Source of the DNA: Actinomycetota bacterium
GTDB taxonomy: Bacteria > Actinomycetota > Acidimicrobiia > IMCC26256 > PALSA-610
Assembly: GCA_003134555.1 (NCBI GenBank)
Contig: PLBO01000154.1
Coordinates: 102,357-166,356, forward strand
DNA: 64,000 nucleotides
Reading direction: 5' to 3'
The notes under the pieces are model-generated. The model was not told where the DNA came from. It saw nothing but the letters and a program-made list of their open reading frames with translations, and ran no database searches. This document shows positions 53,623-63,260 of the stretch, piece by piece; positions within the stretch are counted from its first letter, which is position 1, and each line of letters begins with the position of its first letter. A program made the position numbers and the translations under genes.

Positions 53623-54864
53623 GTGACGGCCGTGGCGGTCGACGTACGCACCCGGATAGACGGCCCTCGCTCCGATTTCGATCCCGTGCGTTTCTTCGAC
53701 GAAGAACTGCCCGCACGGCTCGACGACCACGCACACGCGATCGTCCCCGCGCTGGCGTTCATCCGCCCACGGCCGACCGTGATGGAAGTCGAGGGCCGGC
53801 CGTGGACGCTCACTGCCGACGATCGGCGCGTCACGATCGAGCGCGGCGCGCGACCCGACGCGACAGCCCACGTGACGCTCGGCCGCGAGCAGGTTGCCGA
53901 TCTCGCCGACGACCAGCAGACGTTCATGAGCATGTGGGCCGCAGGCGCACTCGAGCAGCACTCCGGCAATGTCGGCCACCTGCTCGACTGGTGGCTCGTG
54001 CTGCGCGCCGCGCTCGACGGCACGCCGATCTACACCCCGGGCTCGGTCGCCCTCGACGACCCCGACGGACGCCCGCTCGATCTCACGCGCGCCTTCCGCC
54101 CCGACGACGACCGTGACGAGATGCAGCACTTCCTCGAGACCGCGGGCTTCCTGCACATCGAAGGGCTCTTCGACGAGTCCGAGATGGACGCCATCTCCGC
54201 CGACATGAATCGCTTCGCGCCCACATACGCCGAAGGCGACGGTCGTTCCTGGTGGGCGCGCACGGCCGACGCGGACACACGCCTCGTGCGCATGCAGGGT
54301 TTCGACCGCGAGTCCGACGCCGCCCGCGCGCTCATCGAAGACGCGCGGTTCCTCGACCTCGCGTCGATCGCCGGAGCGGGCCACCAGTTCGGCACGAAGC
54401 GTGCGCACAACCGCATCGAAGCGTTGTTCAAGCCGATCGGTGTCGCCGAAGGCATCTCCGACATCCCGTGGCACAAGGACTGCGGGATCGGCCGTCACTC
54501 CTACGATTGCTGCGGCCTGACCGTCGGCATATCGGTGACGGGCGCCGACGCGGTGTCGGGGCAGCTGTGGGTCCTCGCGGGCTCGCACCGCGCGCTCGTA
54601 TGGTCCGGAATCCGCCAGCCCGACCTCGATCTGCCCGAGGTCCCGCTCGCGACGCGCACCGGCGACGTCACGCTGCACCTGAGTTGCACGATGCACATGG
54701 CCCAGCCACCAGTCGAGCGCGAGCGCCGCGTCATGTACAGCGGTTTCGCATTACCGCCGCTCGCCGACGCCGACGCCGCGGCCGTGGCCGCCGGCCGTGC
54801 CCGCCTCGGTGCCGTGCGCGAAGGCGCGCCGCTCACGGTCCTCGATCGACACTTCAGGAGTTAG
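53623..54864 (+). CDS. phytanoyl-CoA dioxygenase (PhyH)-like Fe(II)/2OG oxygenase with N-terminal extra domain
   Basis: 413 aa with GTG start. Has WHKD (HxD-type) and a distal H in ...LHLSCTMHMAQPP. The family call has moderate support. Confidence 0.6.
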   Translation: MTAVAVDVRTRIDGPRSDFDPVRFFDEELPARLDDHAHAIVPALAFIRPRPTVMEVEGRPWTLTADDRRVTIERGARPDATAHVTLGREQVADLADDQQTFMSMWAAGALEQHSGNVGHLLDWWLVLRAALDGTPIYTPGSVALDDPDGRPLDLTRAFRPDDDRDEMQHFLETAGFLHIEGLFDESEMDAISADMNRFAPTYAEGDGRSWWARTADADTRLVRMQGFDRESDAARALIEDARFLDLASIAGAGHQFGTKRAHNRIEALFKPIGVAEGISDIPWHKDCGIGRHSYDCCGLTVGISVTGADAVSGQLWVLAGSHRALVWSGIRQPDLDLPEVPLATRTGDVTLHLSCTMHMAQPPVERERRVMYSGFALPPLADADAAAVAAGRARLGAVREGAPLTVLDRHFRS

Positions 54865-54873
54865 GACACGCGC

Positions 54874-55986
54874 GTGCTCGAATTCGACCCGCTCGACGAA
54901 TACCCGATTCATCAGGTGGCCTTGCCAATGCGTTACGTCGCGAGCAGCGACCGCAACGTGTACGACCGATGCATCTACCAAGGCGTCGATCACGAGGCCG
55001 ACGCGTACTTCATCACCGGCATGGGCGTGTACCCGAACCTCGGCGTGATCGACGCGTACGCCACTGTGCGGCGCGGCGACAAGCAGTGGGCCATACGCGC
55101 CTCGGGTGCGCGTCCCGACGACAAGATGAGCCAGCAGGTCGGTCCGTACCGCATCGAAGTGATCGAGCCGTTCCGCGAGCTGCGGCTCATCTGCGATGCC
55201 GACGACCACGGCATCGGCTTCGACCTCGTGTACCGGTCGGAGTACGGGCCGATCTCCGAGCCGCAGCACATCCGCCGTCAGGGCGATCGGATCCTCCTCG
55301 ACGCGTCGCGCTTCGCGGGTGTCGGCACCTGGGAGGGCGAACTGCGCGTCGACGGCGACACCGTTCGCGTGACCCCCGACCGCTACACCGCGACCCGCGA
55401 TCGCTCGTGGGGCATTCGCCCCGTCGGCGAGGCCGAGCCCGCGGGCCGCCCGAACGACTTCACCGGCATGTGGTGGTGCTGGATCCCATTGCGGTTCGAC
55501 GACTTCGCGTTGCACGTGATCCTCGAGGAGGACCGAGACGGCCAGCGCAACACGAACTTCGCGGTGCGGGTGTTCCCGGAAGCGTCGGGACGCCCGCCCG
55601 AGCAGCTCGGCTGGCCGTTGCCCGAGATCCGCTATCAGTCGGGCACCCGCAATCCCGTCGGCGCGTCGATCGAGCTCACGAACCGCGACGGCAAGAAGTC
55701 GACGCTCGAGATCGAGCCGCTGATCGGCATCTCGTTGAACGTCGGTTGCGGCTACGGCGCCGACCCGGACTGGACGCACGGCATCTGGAAGGGTGACGGG
55801 TGGGTCGAGGGATCGCAGTACGACTACAAGGATCCCGCCGTTACCGGACGCGCCGCGTTCTCGCTATGGGATCACGTGGCCCGGGTGACGTTCGAGGGTC
55901 ACGAGGGCTACGGCATCTTCGAGCACGGCTGTATCGGCGCCCACGCACCCTCCGGCTTCACCGACCTGATGTCAGTAGCGCCGTAA
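54874..55986 (+). CDS. conserved hypothetical protein
   Basis: 370 aa with normal composition and no TM segment. No motif that I can name. Confidence 0.6.
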   Translation: MLEFDPLDEYPIHQVALPMRYVASSDRNVYDRCIYQGVDHEADAYFITGMGVYPNLGVIDAYATVRRGDKQWAIRASGARPDDKMSQQVGPYRIEVIEPFRELRLICDADDHGIGFDLVYRSEYGPISEPQHIRRQGDRILLDASRFAGVGTWEGELRVDGDTVRVTPDRYTATRDRSWGIRPVGEAEPAGRPNDFTGMWWCWIPLRFDDFALHVILEEDRDGQRNTNFAVRVFPEASGRPPEQLGWPLPEIRYQSGTRNPVGASIELTNRDGKKSTLEIEPLIGISLNVGCGYGADPDWTHGIWKGDGWVEGSQYDYKDPAVTGRAAFSLWDHVARVTFEGHEGYGIFEHGCIGAHAPSGFTDLMSVAP

Positions 55987-56763
55987 TTAGTGGGGAACGA
56001 GGCCGCCGTCGACGAGGATGACTTGGCCGGTCATGAAGCTCGCCGCGTCCGACGCGAGGTAGAGCACCGGCCCGACCATCTCGTCGGGGCTCGCGGCACG
56101 CCGCATGAAGCTCGCGTTGGCCATCGATCTCTGATTCTCGGGCGTGTTCGCGCGCACCATGTCGGTGTCGACGGTGCCGGGTGCGAGCGCGTTCACGCGG
56201 ATCCCACGGGGCGCGAAGTCGGCCGCCATCGACCGCGTGAACGACATCAACGCCGCCTTCGCCGCGGCGTACATCGCGACATTCGCCGAGAACAGGAACG
56301 CGCCCGCTGATATCACGTTGACGATCGCCGCGTGCTCGCTGCGCTCGAGGTGCGGGAGTGCCGCCTGCACGAGAAACACCGGGCCGCGCAGGTTCACGTC
56401 GAACGACTTCTGCCAGGCCTCGGCCGTGAACGCGCCCAGCGGCTGGGTGAGCGCGTTCGCCGCGTTGTTCACGATGATGTCGACGCCACCGAAGCGATCG
56501 ACGGCGCGATCTACGAGCGCATTGACGGCATCGAGATCGCCCATGTGCGCCGGGACGGCGAGCGCGTCACTCCCAGCCCCGAGATTGCGCAGGTGCGCTT
56601 CCGTCTCGCTGCACGCTTCCGGCTTCCGGCTACCCACGACGACCTTCGCACCGCCGCACACGAAACCCTCTGCGATCGCGCGACCGATTCCGCGCGTCCC
56701 ACCGGTCACGACGGCGACGCGGTCGCGTACGTCGAACAGTCCGTCGAACGTCGTATTGTCCAT
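55987..56763 (-). CDS. SDR-family oxidoreductase
   Basis: 258 aa with TGGTRGIG, NNAA and YAAAKAA (the YxxxK catalytic motif). Confidence 0.85.
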   Translation of the reverse strand: MDNTTFDGLFDVRDRVAVVTGGTRGIGRAIAEGFVCGGAKVVVGSRKPEACSETEAHLRNLGAGSDALAVPAHMGDLDAVNALVDRAVDRFGGVDIIVNNAANALTQPLGAFTAEAWQKSFDVNLRGPVFLVQAALPHLERSEHAAIVNVISAGAFLFSANVAMYAAAKAALMSFTRSMAADFAPRGIRVNALAPGTVDTDMVRANTPENQRSMANASFMRRAASPDEMVGPVLYLASDAASFMTGQVILVDGGLVPH

Positions 56764-56785
56764 CGCGTGACCCTACTCAGGTAGG

Positions 56786-57517
56786 TCAGTACCACACCCG
56801 AGCGGCGAGCAACGCGACGGCCAGCGCCATCATCGCGAACGACATCCAGCGCAGCGCACGCTCGATCGGTTCGAGCAACACCTGCTCGTCGAGCAGCCGA
56901 ACATCTCCGTCATGCATCGTCATCGTCCCGTCGACGTACGCGGCGTTCCGGCGCAGCAAGCGCGCCTGGGTACTCAAGGATCGCTGCGCAAGGGAGAGGG
57001 ACAACGCCGCGATCGCGGCGAACAGCGCGGTGAGATCGAGCCGCTCCGCCTGAACGAAATACGCGGTCAGCACCGGAAAGGCACCCCAGGCCGTGGCAAA
57101 CCCGATATCAGAATGCAACTTTCCGCCGAAGAGCTCGACGTTGTACCCCACCACGAGCACCGGGCCCAGGGCCATGAATACGAGCAGGCCCAGTCCGATC
57201 CGACCCACACCGGCGAAACCGAGGGCCAAGGCGCCGCCCAGTGCAATCGCGGCGACGGTTCCGAGGACCGCGCTCGGAATCGCCGTGTGCAACGGCCGGC
57301 CGTGCAATTCGTCGAGCGCATGTGCCGCGATCCCGACCGCGAGAAAGAAGGCCAACAACGTCACCCCGAGGCGACCACCGTCGGTTCTCGGCGCGACCGT
57401 CGCGCCGAGCACGACGTAGGAGAGGTGCCACGCGGTGTACGGCGGGTGGAGGATCGTCCACCAGTCGCGCCAGCCACCCGGACGCGCCGCGTAGAACGCG
57501 GGGCGGACGCTCGTCAT
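56786..57517 (-). CDS. polytopic membrane protein (hypothetical)
   Basis: 243 aa from MTSVRPAFY. The ATG overlaps the methyltransferase stop (ATGA). About 7 hydrophobic segments. Confidence 0.65.
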   Translation of the reverse strand: MTSVRPAFYAARPGGWRDWWTILHPPYTAWHLSYVVLGATVAPRTDGGRLGVTLLAFFLAVGIAAHALDELHGRPLHTAIPSAVLGTVAAIALGGALALGFAGVGRIGLGLLVFMALGPVLVVGYNVELFGGKLHSDIGFATAWGAFPVLTAYFVQAERLDLTALFAAIAALSLSLAQRSLSTQARLLRRNAAYVDGTMTMHDGDVRLLDEQVLLEPIERALRWMSFAMMALAVALLAARVWY

Positions 57518-58245
57518 CGATCGGGCTTCCGTGCCCACATCACGAGACCGCCGCCGAGGCTCATCGAGCGGGCCGTCACGTCCGCGAGGCCGGCCTCTTG
57601 CCACGCCTGCACGGTCCAGCTCACCGGATATCGGCGGTAGTGCGCGGAGATATTCGGTCCGAGGAACCGTCCGACGTCGTACCACTCGCGGCCGCCGGTG
57701 ACATATCCCGCGACGGGCAGTACGAGACGCGTGTAGACCCACCACCACGCGCGCCAGAACGGATTGCCGGGGACTGCGAATTCGAGGCTCGCGATCGATC
57801 CACCCGGCTTGACGACTCGCGCCAGCTCCCGCAACGTCGCCGCCGGGTCGGCGACGTACCGCAGGAGATACGTGAACGTCAGCGCGTCGAATGTGGCATC
57901 GGGGAACGGGAGCCGTTCGGCCTGGCCGACGACGAGCTGCACGCGGTCGGTCGCGCCCGCGCGCTCGACGCGCTCCTGTCCGCGGCGGAGCATCGGATGG
58001 GTCAGATCGAGCCCCGTGACGCGCGCGGGCGTGCGGCCCACGAGCTCGAGTGCCACCCCGGCCGTTCCGGTCGCGACGTCGAGGATCGAGCTCGGGCGCC
58101 CATCTTCCACGTGGCGCACCATCTCGTTCCGCCAGCGCCCGTTCTGCCCGAACGAGAGCACCTCCGCAAGCGCGTCGTAGCGGCGGGGTAACCCGTCGAA
58201 CAGCTCCTGCGCGAATTCGTTGGGATCGCGAGTCGTGGTGTCCAC
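57514..58245 (-). CDS. class I SAM-dependent methyltransferase (UbiE/MenG-like)
   Basis: 243 aa with SAM motif I ILDVATGTAGVA. The N-terminus resembles that of UbiE/COQ5. Confidence 0.8.
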   Translation of the reverse strand: MDTTTRDPNEFAQELFDGLPRRYDALAEVLSFGQNGRWRNEMVRHVEDGRPSSILDVATGTAGVALELVGRTPARVTGLDLTHPMLRRGQERVERAGATDRVQLVVGQAERLPFPDATFDALTFTYLLRYVADPAATLRELARVVKPGGSIASLEFAVPGNPFWRAWWWVYTRLVLPVAGYVTGGREWYDVGRFLGPNISAHYRRYPVSWTVQAWQEAGLADVTARSMSLGGGLVMWARKPDR

Positions 58246-58307
58246 GGGCGCCTCCTGAGAAGCGACCGTACCCTCAGCAGCTCGCCGTGCAAACCGCGTT
58301 CAGCGGT

Positions 58308-58856
58308 TCAGCTCGCGTCGCCGCCGGCGATGCCGAGCGCCGTTGCGAGGTTGCGCAGCGCTCGGTGCTGGAGCGACTTGACCGCGCCCTCGGGCCGATT
58401 GGTCATTGCCGCGACCGTCTCGAGGGAGAGATCGGCGACGAATCGCAACACGACGACCTCGCGTTGATCGGGCGTGAGCGCATCGAGAGCAGCAACGAGT
58501 GCGGGGTCGAGGGGCTCGTCGGGCGGTACGACCCGCAGCTGGTTCTGTGTGCGCAGGAGTCTCAGCCGTCGGGTGCGGCGGCGGTGTTCGTCGACCAGGC
58601 GGTGATGCGCGATCGTGAATACCCATCGCCGCAACGCGTCCTCGTCGCCCTCGAACCGCTCGAGACCGCGGAGCACGTCGACGAACACCTCGCTCAAGAG
58701 GTCTTCACTGTCGGCCGCACCGGCGGTGCGCAGGTAGTTGCGCACTCGGCCCGCGTAGCGACGAAAGACGTCCTCGACGCTCCACACGCTCGCGCCGGGC
58801 GCGGCGGGCGGGTCGGGCACGAGGGTCGCAGTCGTCGTTGCGGGCGCGAGGTTCAC
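58308..58856 (-). CDS. ECF-type RNA polymerase sigma factor
   Basis: 182 aa with region 2 (DLLSEVFVDVLRGLERFEG...WVFTIAHHRLVDEHRR) and region 4 (LTPDQREVVVLRFVADLSLETVA). Confidence 0.85.
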   Translation of the reverse strand: MNLAPATTTATLVPDPPAAPGASVWSVEDVFRRYAGRVRNYLRTAGAADSEDLLSEVFVDVLRGLERFEGDEDALRRWVFTIAHHRLVDEHRRRTRRLRLLRTQNQLRVVPPDEPLDPALVAALDALTPDQREVVVLRFVADLSLETVAAMTNRPEGAVKSLQHRALRNLATALGIAGGDAS

Positions 58857-58905
58857 GGCTGCGTGGTCGACGTCGTGCTGGTACTGGTCGTCGGCGCGTT
58901 GGTCG

Positions 58906-59598
58906 TCACGGAGCTCTCGTCGCCGACGGCGTCTTTACCGCCGGCTTCTTGCCCGGCACCGTCGATGCGGCAGCGTTCTTGTCCGGCTTGCCGTGGCCGT
59001 GCCCCGACGAGGCCGACCCGCCGCTACCCGCACCCTGATTCTCGTTGCCGTTTTCCTTGGCGCCCGTCTCGCCCTCGGCGCCCGTCTCGCCCTTGGCGCC
59101 CTTGGCGCCCGTCTCACCCTTGGCGCCCTTCGCGCCCGTCTCACCCTCGGCGCCCGTGGCTCCGCCGGCCGGGTTGACCGACTGGACGGGCTTGCCGCAC
59201 GGCGACTCGCCGGCCTTCGGGTCGGACTTGTGCGAGCGCACGTAAGCGCCGTGATTGCGGTACGGGCCGCCCGGACAAGCGACCGGGTCGTTGTAGCGGA
59301 CGTGACCCGGAGGGACGTGGACGCCAACCGCGTTCAGCGCGCCGTGTGCCATGTCCTGCACGGGCGCGGGAAGCACGTCGGCGGCGGCGAGTCCGACCCC
59401 ACCGGCGGCGAAGCCGGCAACCGCGGCCGCCGACAACAGCTTGAGTCGCGCCCGGCTCACCTTGGGCCGGCCGGCTGAGCGCACACTCGCGAGCACGCGG
59501 TCGGCGACGCCGGAGCCCAGGGGCTCCGAGCCCAACGCGCGCAAGCGGCGCCGTGTCTCCGGATAGTCCTGGTCGCTGAAGGGATCGTGTTCGTCCAT
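58906..59598 (-). CDS. single-pass membrane protein with collagen-like GXY repeat
   Basis: 230 aa from MDEHDPF. One TM segment (LLSAAAVAGFAAGGVGLAAA), then 12 uninterrupted Gly-X-Y triplets and a Gly/Ser/His-rich tail. Lies directly upstream of the ECF sigma gene. Confidence 0.6.
   Translation of the reverse strand: MDEHDPFSDQDYPETRRRLRALGSEPLGSGVADRVLASVRSAGRPKVSRARLKLLSAAAVAGFAAGGVGLAAADVLPAPVQDMAHGALNAVGVHVPPGHVRYNDPVACPGGPYRNHGAYVRSHKSDPKAGESPCGKPVQSVNPAGGATGAEGETGAKGAKGETGAKGAKGETGAEGETGAKENGNENQGAGSGGSASSGHGHGKPDKNAAASTVPGKKPAVKTPSATRAP
59056..59163 (-). repeat. in-frame tandem 9/18-nt repeats encoding (G-A/E-T/K/E)x12
   Basis: On the plus strand, GGCGCCCGTCTCGCCCT(C/T) units alternate with GGCGCCCTT. 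The translation is GATGAEGETGAKGAKGETGAKGAKGETGAEGETGAK. Confidence 0.8.
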
Positions 59599-59821
59599 GC
59601 CGGTTAATCGATCGAGCGGGCCACCGGGATACGGCGTGACCTGAAACGTAGGACCTTCGCCCAGTATCGGCACACACCGATCGGGACAAGAGGTGCATTT
59701 CCCGCCCTCACATTGCGCGATGTGACCGGTGTCTCCGTGGGGGCCGTATCGAGAACGTGGTGGCACTCGATTACACGTCTGGAGCCTGGGAGGCCCATCA
59801 GTCGATCTGAATGGAGTCAAG

Positions 59822-61135
59822 GTGTCGGCGTTTCGGACCTCTGGGCCTGGCAACATCCTCGACGCGCGAGAACGATCGCGAGACGAACGTGGGGGCATGA
59901 TCGTCGCGATCTGCGTCCTGATGGTGGTCGCACTACTGAGCGCCGCGGTCGTCGCGCGCACGCTGGCCGGGTTGCGGGGCAGCCGCCAAGGTCAAGACTT
60001 CAGCGCTGCGCTCGCCAACGCAGACGCCGGCGTGAGCGACGCGTTGTTCCGCATGGACCAGAGTACGAACGCTGCGGTCGCGACGTTCTGCGTCGGTAGC
60101 AGCCCGGGCTGCACGTTGCAGACAGTCCCGGGCGCGCCCGGCGTGCAGTATGTCGCAACCCGCGTCGACGACGTCACCTACCGCGTCCAATCGAAGGGGC
60201 TCGTAAACGGTCAGCCGCATGCCGTCCAGGCAACGGTCACGAGCGCCTACGAGTACCCGTTCGCGATCTTCGCCAAGACGACACTCGCGTTCAACGGCAA
60301 CTCGGGCGACTACAACGCGAGCATGTGCGCGGGCCCGGTCGAGACGGTCAACTCCGCCGGAGCCGTCGTGTGCAGTCCCAGCGGCGATGTCGCGACGAAC
60401 GGCCAAGTCAGCTGTCAGGGCTCCGATTCGCCGGCCCACCAACAGGGCTTCTACCAAGGCGGCGGGACCAGTTGCCAAAACGGCAAGCTGCTTCCCGGGT
60501 CGTACAACCCTCAGAACCCGACGCTTACATGCCCGGCGCCGGTGAACATCCCCACGACGCCGTGCCTCCCCTCCGTACATAATCCGTGCCCGGCGGTGAA
60601 CGGCGTGCTGCCCGGAATTCTCGCGCCCGGCGCCTACTACTGCAGCCAGATCGATCTCGGTGGTGGTAGTAACCCGACCCTGGCATTCCCGGCGGGTTTC
60701 ACCGTGGGCGCCGGCACCCAGAACGACGGCCAGGTCGCGATGTACGTGATACCGACCGACAACACGAACATCACGGTGAGTACCGCAGACACCTGCGGCT
60801 GGGACAACGGCTCGTCGAGCTGCACGTCGGGGATCAACTACAACGGCGACCCGACGAAGCTCGCTGTCTACCTGAAGGGCGGATCCGTCGACAGCGGAAA
60901 CGGCATCAGCCACTCCGGCAACTACACCGGCATCATGTGGGCGCCCAATGCCGCGGAAGTCAACCCGTCGTGCAATGCCACTTGGCGGGGAACCCTGGTC
61001 GTCAACGTCTTCACGTGTAATGGGGGTCCACACCTCGACGTCAAGTACGACACCCGTATGCGCTCACTCAAGCAGGGGGGTTGGACTGTCTCCAACTACA
61101 CCGAGATCCCGTCGAACCAAGTCGTGTTGCCGTAG
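59822..61135 (+). CDS. PilX-N-like, Cys-rich secreted/anchored protein
   Basis: The segment RDERGGMIVAICVLMVVALLSAAVVA resembles the ERG plus hydrophobic-helix N-terminus of PilX-type pilus proteins. GTG at 59822 is preceded by GGAG at 5-nt spacing; the ATG at 59897 is an alternative. The extracellular part has many Cys residues. Confidence 0.55.
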   Translation: MSAFRTSGPGNILDARERSRDERGGMIVAICVLMVVALLSAAVVARTLAGLRGSRQGQDFSAALANADAGVSDALFRMDQSTNAAVATFCVGSSPGCTLQTVPGAPGVQYVATRVDDVTYRVQSKGLVNGQPHAVQATVTSAYEYPFAIFAKTTLAFNGNSGDYNASMCAGPVETVNSAGAVVCSPSGDVATNGQVSCQGSDSPAHQQGFYQGGGTSCQNGKLLPGSYNPQNPTLTCPAPVNIPTTPCLPSVHNPCPAVNGVLPGILAPGAYYCSQIDLGGGSNPTLAFPAGFTVGAGTQNDGQVAMYVIPTDNTNITVSTADTCGWDNGSSSCTSGINYNGDPTKLAVYLKGGSVDSGNGISHSGNYTGIMWAPNAAEVNPSCNATWRGTLVVNVFTCNGGPHLDVKYDTRMRSLKQGGWTVSNYTEIPSNQVVLP

Positions 61136-61146
61136 CCGACGAGACG

Positions 61147-61773
61147 TCAGCGACCGCGGTCGAGGATTTCCATCACCTCGTCGTCGCTCGTCTGCGAGAA
61201 GTCGTCGTAGAACTCGCCGATTGCGCGAAACGCCTCGGGCTGGTCGAGCACGATGACTTCGTCGGCGTCGCGTTGCAGGCGGCTGACGGCGCCCCCCGAC
61301 GCGATCGGCGCGGCGACGACGACGCGCTCCGCGCCGTGGGCACGCGCGACCGCGCACGCCGCGCGCGCGGTCGACCCGGTCGCGATGCCGTCGTCGACGA
61401 TGAGCGCGGTGCAACCGACGAGCGACACGCGTTCGCGCCCGCGTCGGAATCGGCCGGCGCGCCGTGTGAGCTCGTCGCGCTCGCGGGCTTCCACTGCGGC
61501 GAAGTCGGACGCGCGTACGCGCCGCGCCACCTCGTCGTCGACGACGCGCACGCCGTCCTCGCCGATCGCGCCCATGGCGAGCTCCGGTTGGAACGTCGCA
61601 CCCAGCTTGCGGACCAGGATCACGTCGAGGGGCACGCCGAGCGCACTCGCCACCTCGTGCGCGACCACCACGCCGCCGCGCGGAAGCCCGAGAACGACGA
61701 GCCGGTCCCTCGGCAGCTCGGAGAGGTGAGCCGCGAGCCGGCGCCCCGCGTCAGACCGGTCTACGAACCGCAT
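61147..61773 (-). CDS. phosphoribosyltransferase-family protein
   Basis: 208 aa from MRFVDRSDAGRRLA, with the PRPP loop ALIVDDGIATGST. Confidence 0.8.
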   Translation of the reverse strand: MRFVDRSDAGRRLAAHLSELPRDRLVVLGLPRGGVVVAHEVASALGVPLDVILVRKLGATFQPELAMGAIGEDGVRVVDDEVARRVRASDFAAVEARERDELTRRAGRFRRGRERVSLVGCTALIVDDGIATGSTARAACAVARAHGAERVVVAAPIASGGAVSRLQRDADEVIVLDQPEAFRAIGEFYDDFSQTSDDEVMEILDRGR

Positions 61774-61831
61774 GGCCTTCCGACGGCCCCGGCGGCTCGG
61801 CTGACCAAGCCGCCTCCGTTGCGGTCGGAGC

Positions 61832-62725
61832 TCAGACGCCGCCCGCCTTGGTGCACACGACGTTGGAGTCGAAGCCGTCGGCACCGAGATACTGCGTCAT
61901 GCGGACCGGGCCACCGGTGAAGCCCCGGTGCGCGCATCCCGCGGCCGCGCCTTTGTACGACTCGTAACCCGCGAGCCATTGCGGGACGCCGGTGAAGCGT
62001 CCCCCCGTGACCTTCGATCCACCGGTGATGAGACCCCATTGAAATGCCGTCGAGTAGATGCCGACCTGGTCGACGCCGACCGTGCGAAGTGCGTCAACCT
62101 CGCCCGCGAGAGTCTCGACGTCGCGTCGCTGTGTGGCCGGCGTCGCCGGTCCGTCGACCGATTGCCAGCTGTTCATCGTCTCGACGTCGAGCCACCAGTT
62201 GACGTTCGCGGCGCGGTGACGCGCGTTCACACGGCTTACCCGGTGCAATCGTTGCGCGGCATCGGTCGCAACCGTGTACGACGCCCAGGCGGAGTTCCAG
62301 CCGTAGTCGTAGGAGCATCCGAGCGAGTTCGGATCGGACGCCGCGCAGACCTTGGGGCTCGTCTGACCGAGCGGCCAGTGCTTGGCGCGTAGCGGACCCG
62401 GGTTGCCGGTGTTCGCGTAGAACTCCGGAGGCAATGCGAGACGCTTCGCCCACTTCAGCTCGCCGACCAGACAGGGATTGCGCGAGAACGACGTGCCGTG
62501 GTTGGTCCCGAGGATCCCGAAGGCCGCGCTCCGCTCGCTCGGCATCGATAGACCACACTGCGGAAAGCTCACGTCACGCGCCACGTTCACGCTCGACGTG
62601 ATGTGCACCGGCGTTGCGCGCCACGTCATCGCGCGCCCGGCATCCGAGGACGCCGCGGGTGCGGCTGACATGGTGATCGTCACCGCCGAGATCGCGGCGA
62701 CGAAGATGAAGGGACGACAGTGCAC
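61832..62725 (-). CDS. secreted glycoside-hydrolase-like protein (DUF1906/Rv2525c- or GH25-like)
   Basis: 297 aa with a signal peptide. Contains DVSFPQCG near the N-terminus and ...WWLDVE.... The family call is tentative. Confidence 0.6.
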   Translation of the reverse strand: MHCRPFIFVAAISAVTITMSAAPAASSDAGRAMTWRATPVHITSSVNVARDVSFPQCGLSMPSERSAAFGILGTNHGTSFSRNPCLVGELKWAKRLALPPEFYANTGNPGPLRAKHWPLGQTSPKVCAASDPNSLGCSYDYGWNSAWASYTVATDAAQRLHRVSRVNARHRAANVNWWLDVETMNSWQSVDGPATPATQRRDVETLAGEVDALRTVGVDQVGIYSTAFQWGLITGGSKVTGGRFTGVPQWLAGYESYKGAAAGCAHRGFTGGPVRMTQYLGADGFDSNVVCTKAGGV

Positions 62726-62892
62726 GGCACACCTCGATGCTCGCCGTAGGCCCGCCCGGGCGAAACCACCTCAAGCGTACGCTCTCACCACATGCGCTAC
62801 GCAAGGCCCATTGCGTCACAGCAGACACAACATCCGGTCACTACGCGTGAGAATCGTGCCGAACTGAGGACCCTGCGTGGTCGCGGGCGCCG

Positions 62893-63225
62893 CTACGGCC
62901 GGGATCCTGCTGCCGAGATGGTGTCCAGTTCGACGACCTGCTTCGACGTGAACACTTCGCCGAAACGACGAAGCAGCCCGGCCCGCTCTTCGTCGGCGAG
63001 ATAAGCGTCGAACGCCGCCCGGTTCGGAAACCAGAGCACGTGGACCTCGAACGGGAGCGTTGCTTCCTGGCCGTGCTTGCGCCGTCCCCGATACACGATC
63101 CGCGCGCCGTGGCGTGCGAGGAGGGGCAGAACCTCGTCCTCGTACGCCGCGGCGCGGTCGGACAGCGCGGGCGTCGTGTGACCGACGAATGCGAGGGTTA
63201 CCGGATCGGTGTGATCACGAGTCAT
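62893..63225 (-). CDS. hypothetical protein (small alpha/beta-barrel-like)
   Basis: 110 aa from MTRDHTDPVTLAFVGH. The upstream 38 codons of the track ORF are Arg-rich. Confidence 0.5.
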   Translation of the reverse strand: MTRDHTDPVTLAFVGHTTPALSDRAAAYEDEVLPLLARHGARIVYRGRRKHGQEATLPFEVHVLWFPNRAAFDAYLADEERAGLLRRFGEVFTSKQVVELDTISAAGSRP

Positions 63226-63260
63226 GCCGCAATCTCTCACGACTTCCGCACGCGGCGCGT

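Noticed and set aside
59056-59163. Short tandem repeats considered as a possible CRISPR or minisatellite
   Set aside because: The units are 9 to 18 nt, contiguous without spacers, and in frame within a coding sequence (GXY triplets). This is not a CRISPR array, and no CRISPR-like repeat-spacer structure was seen anywhere in the window.
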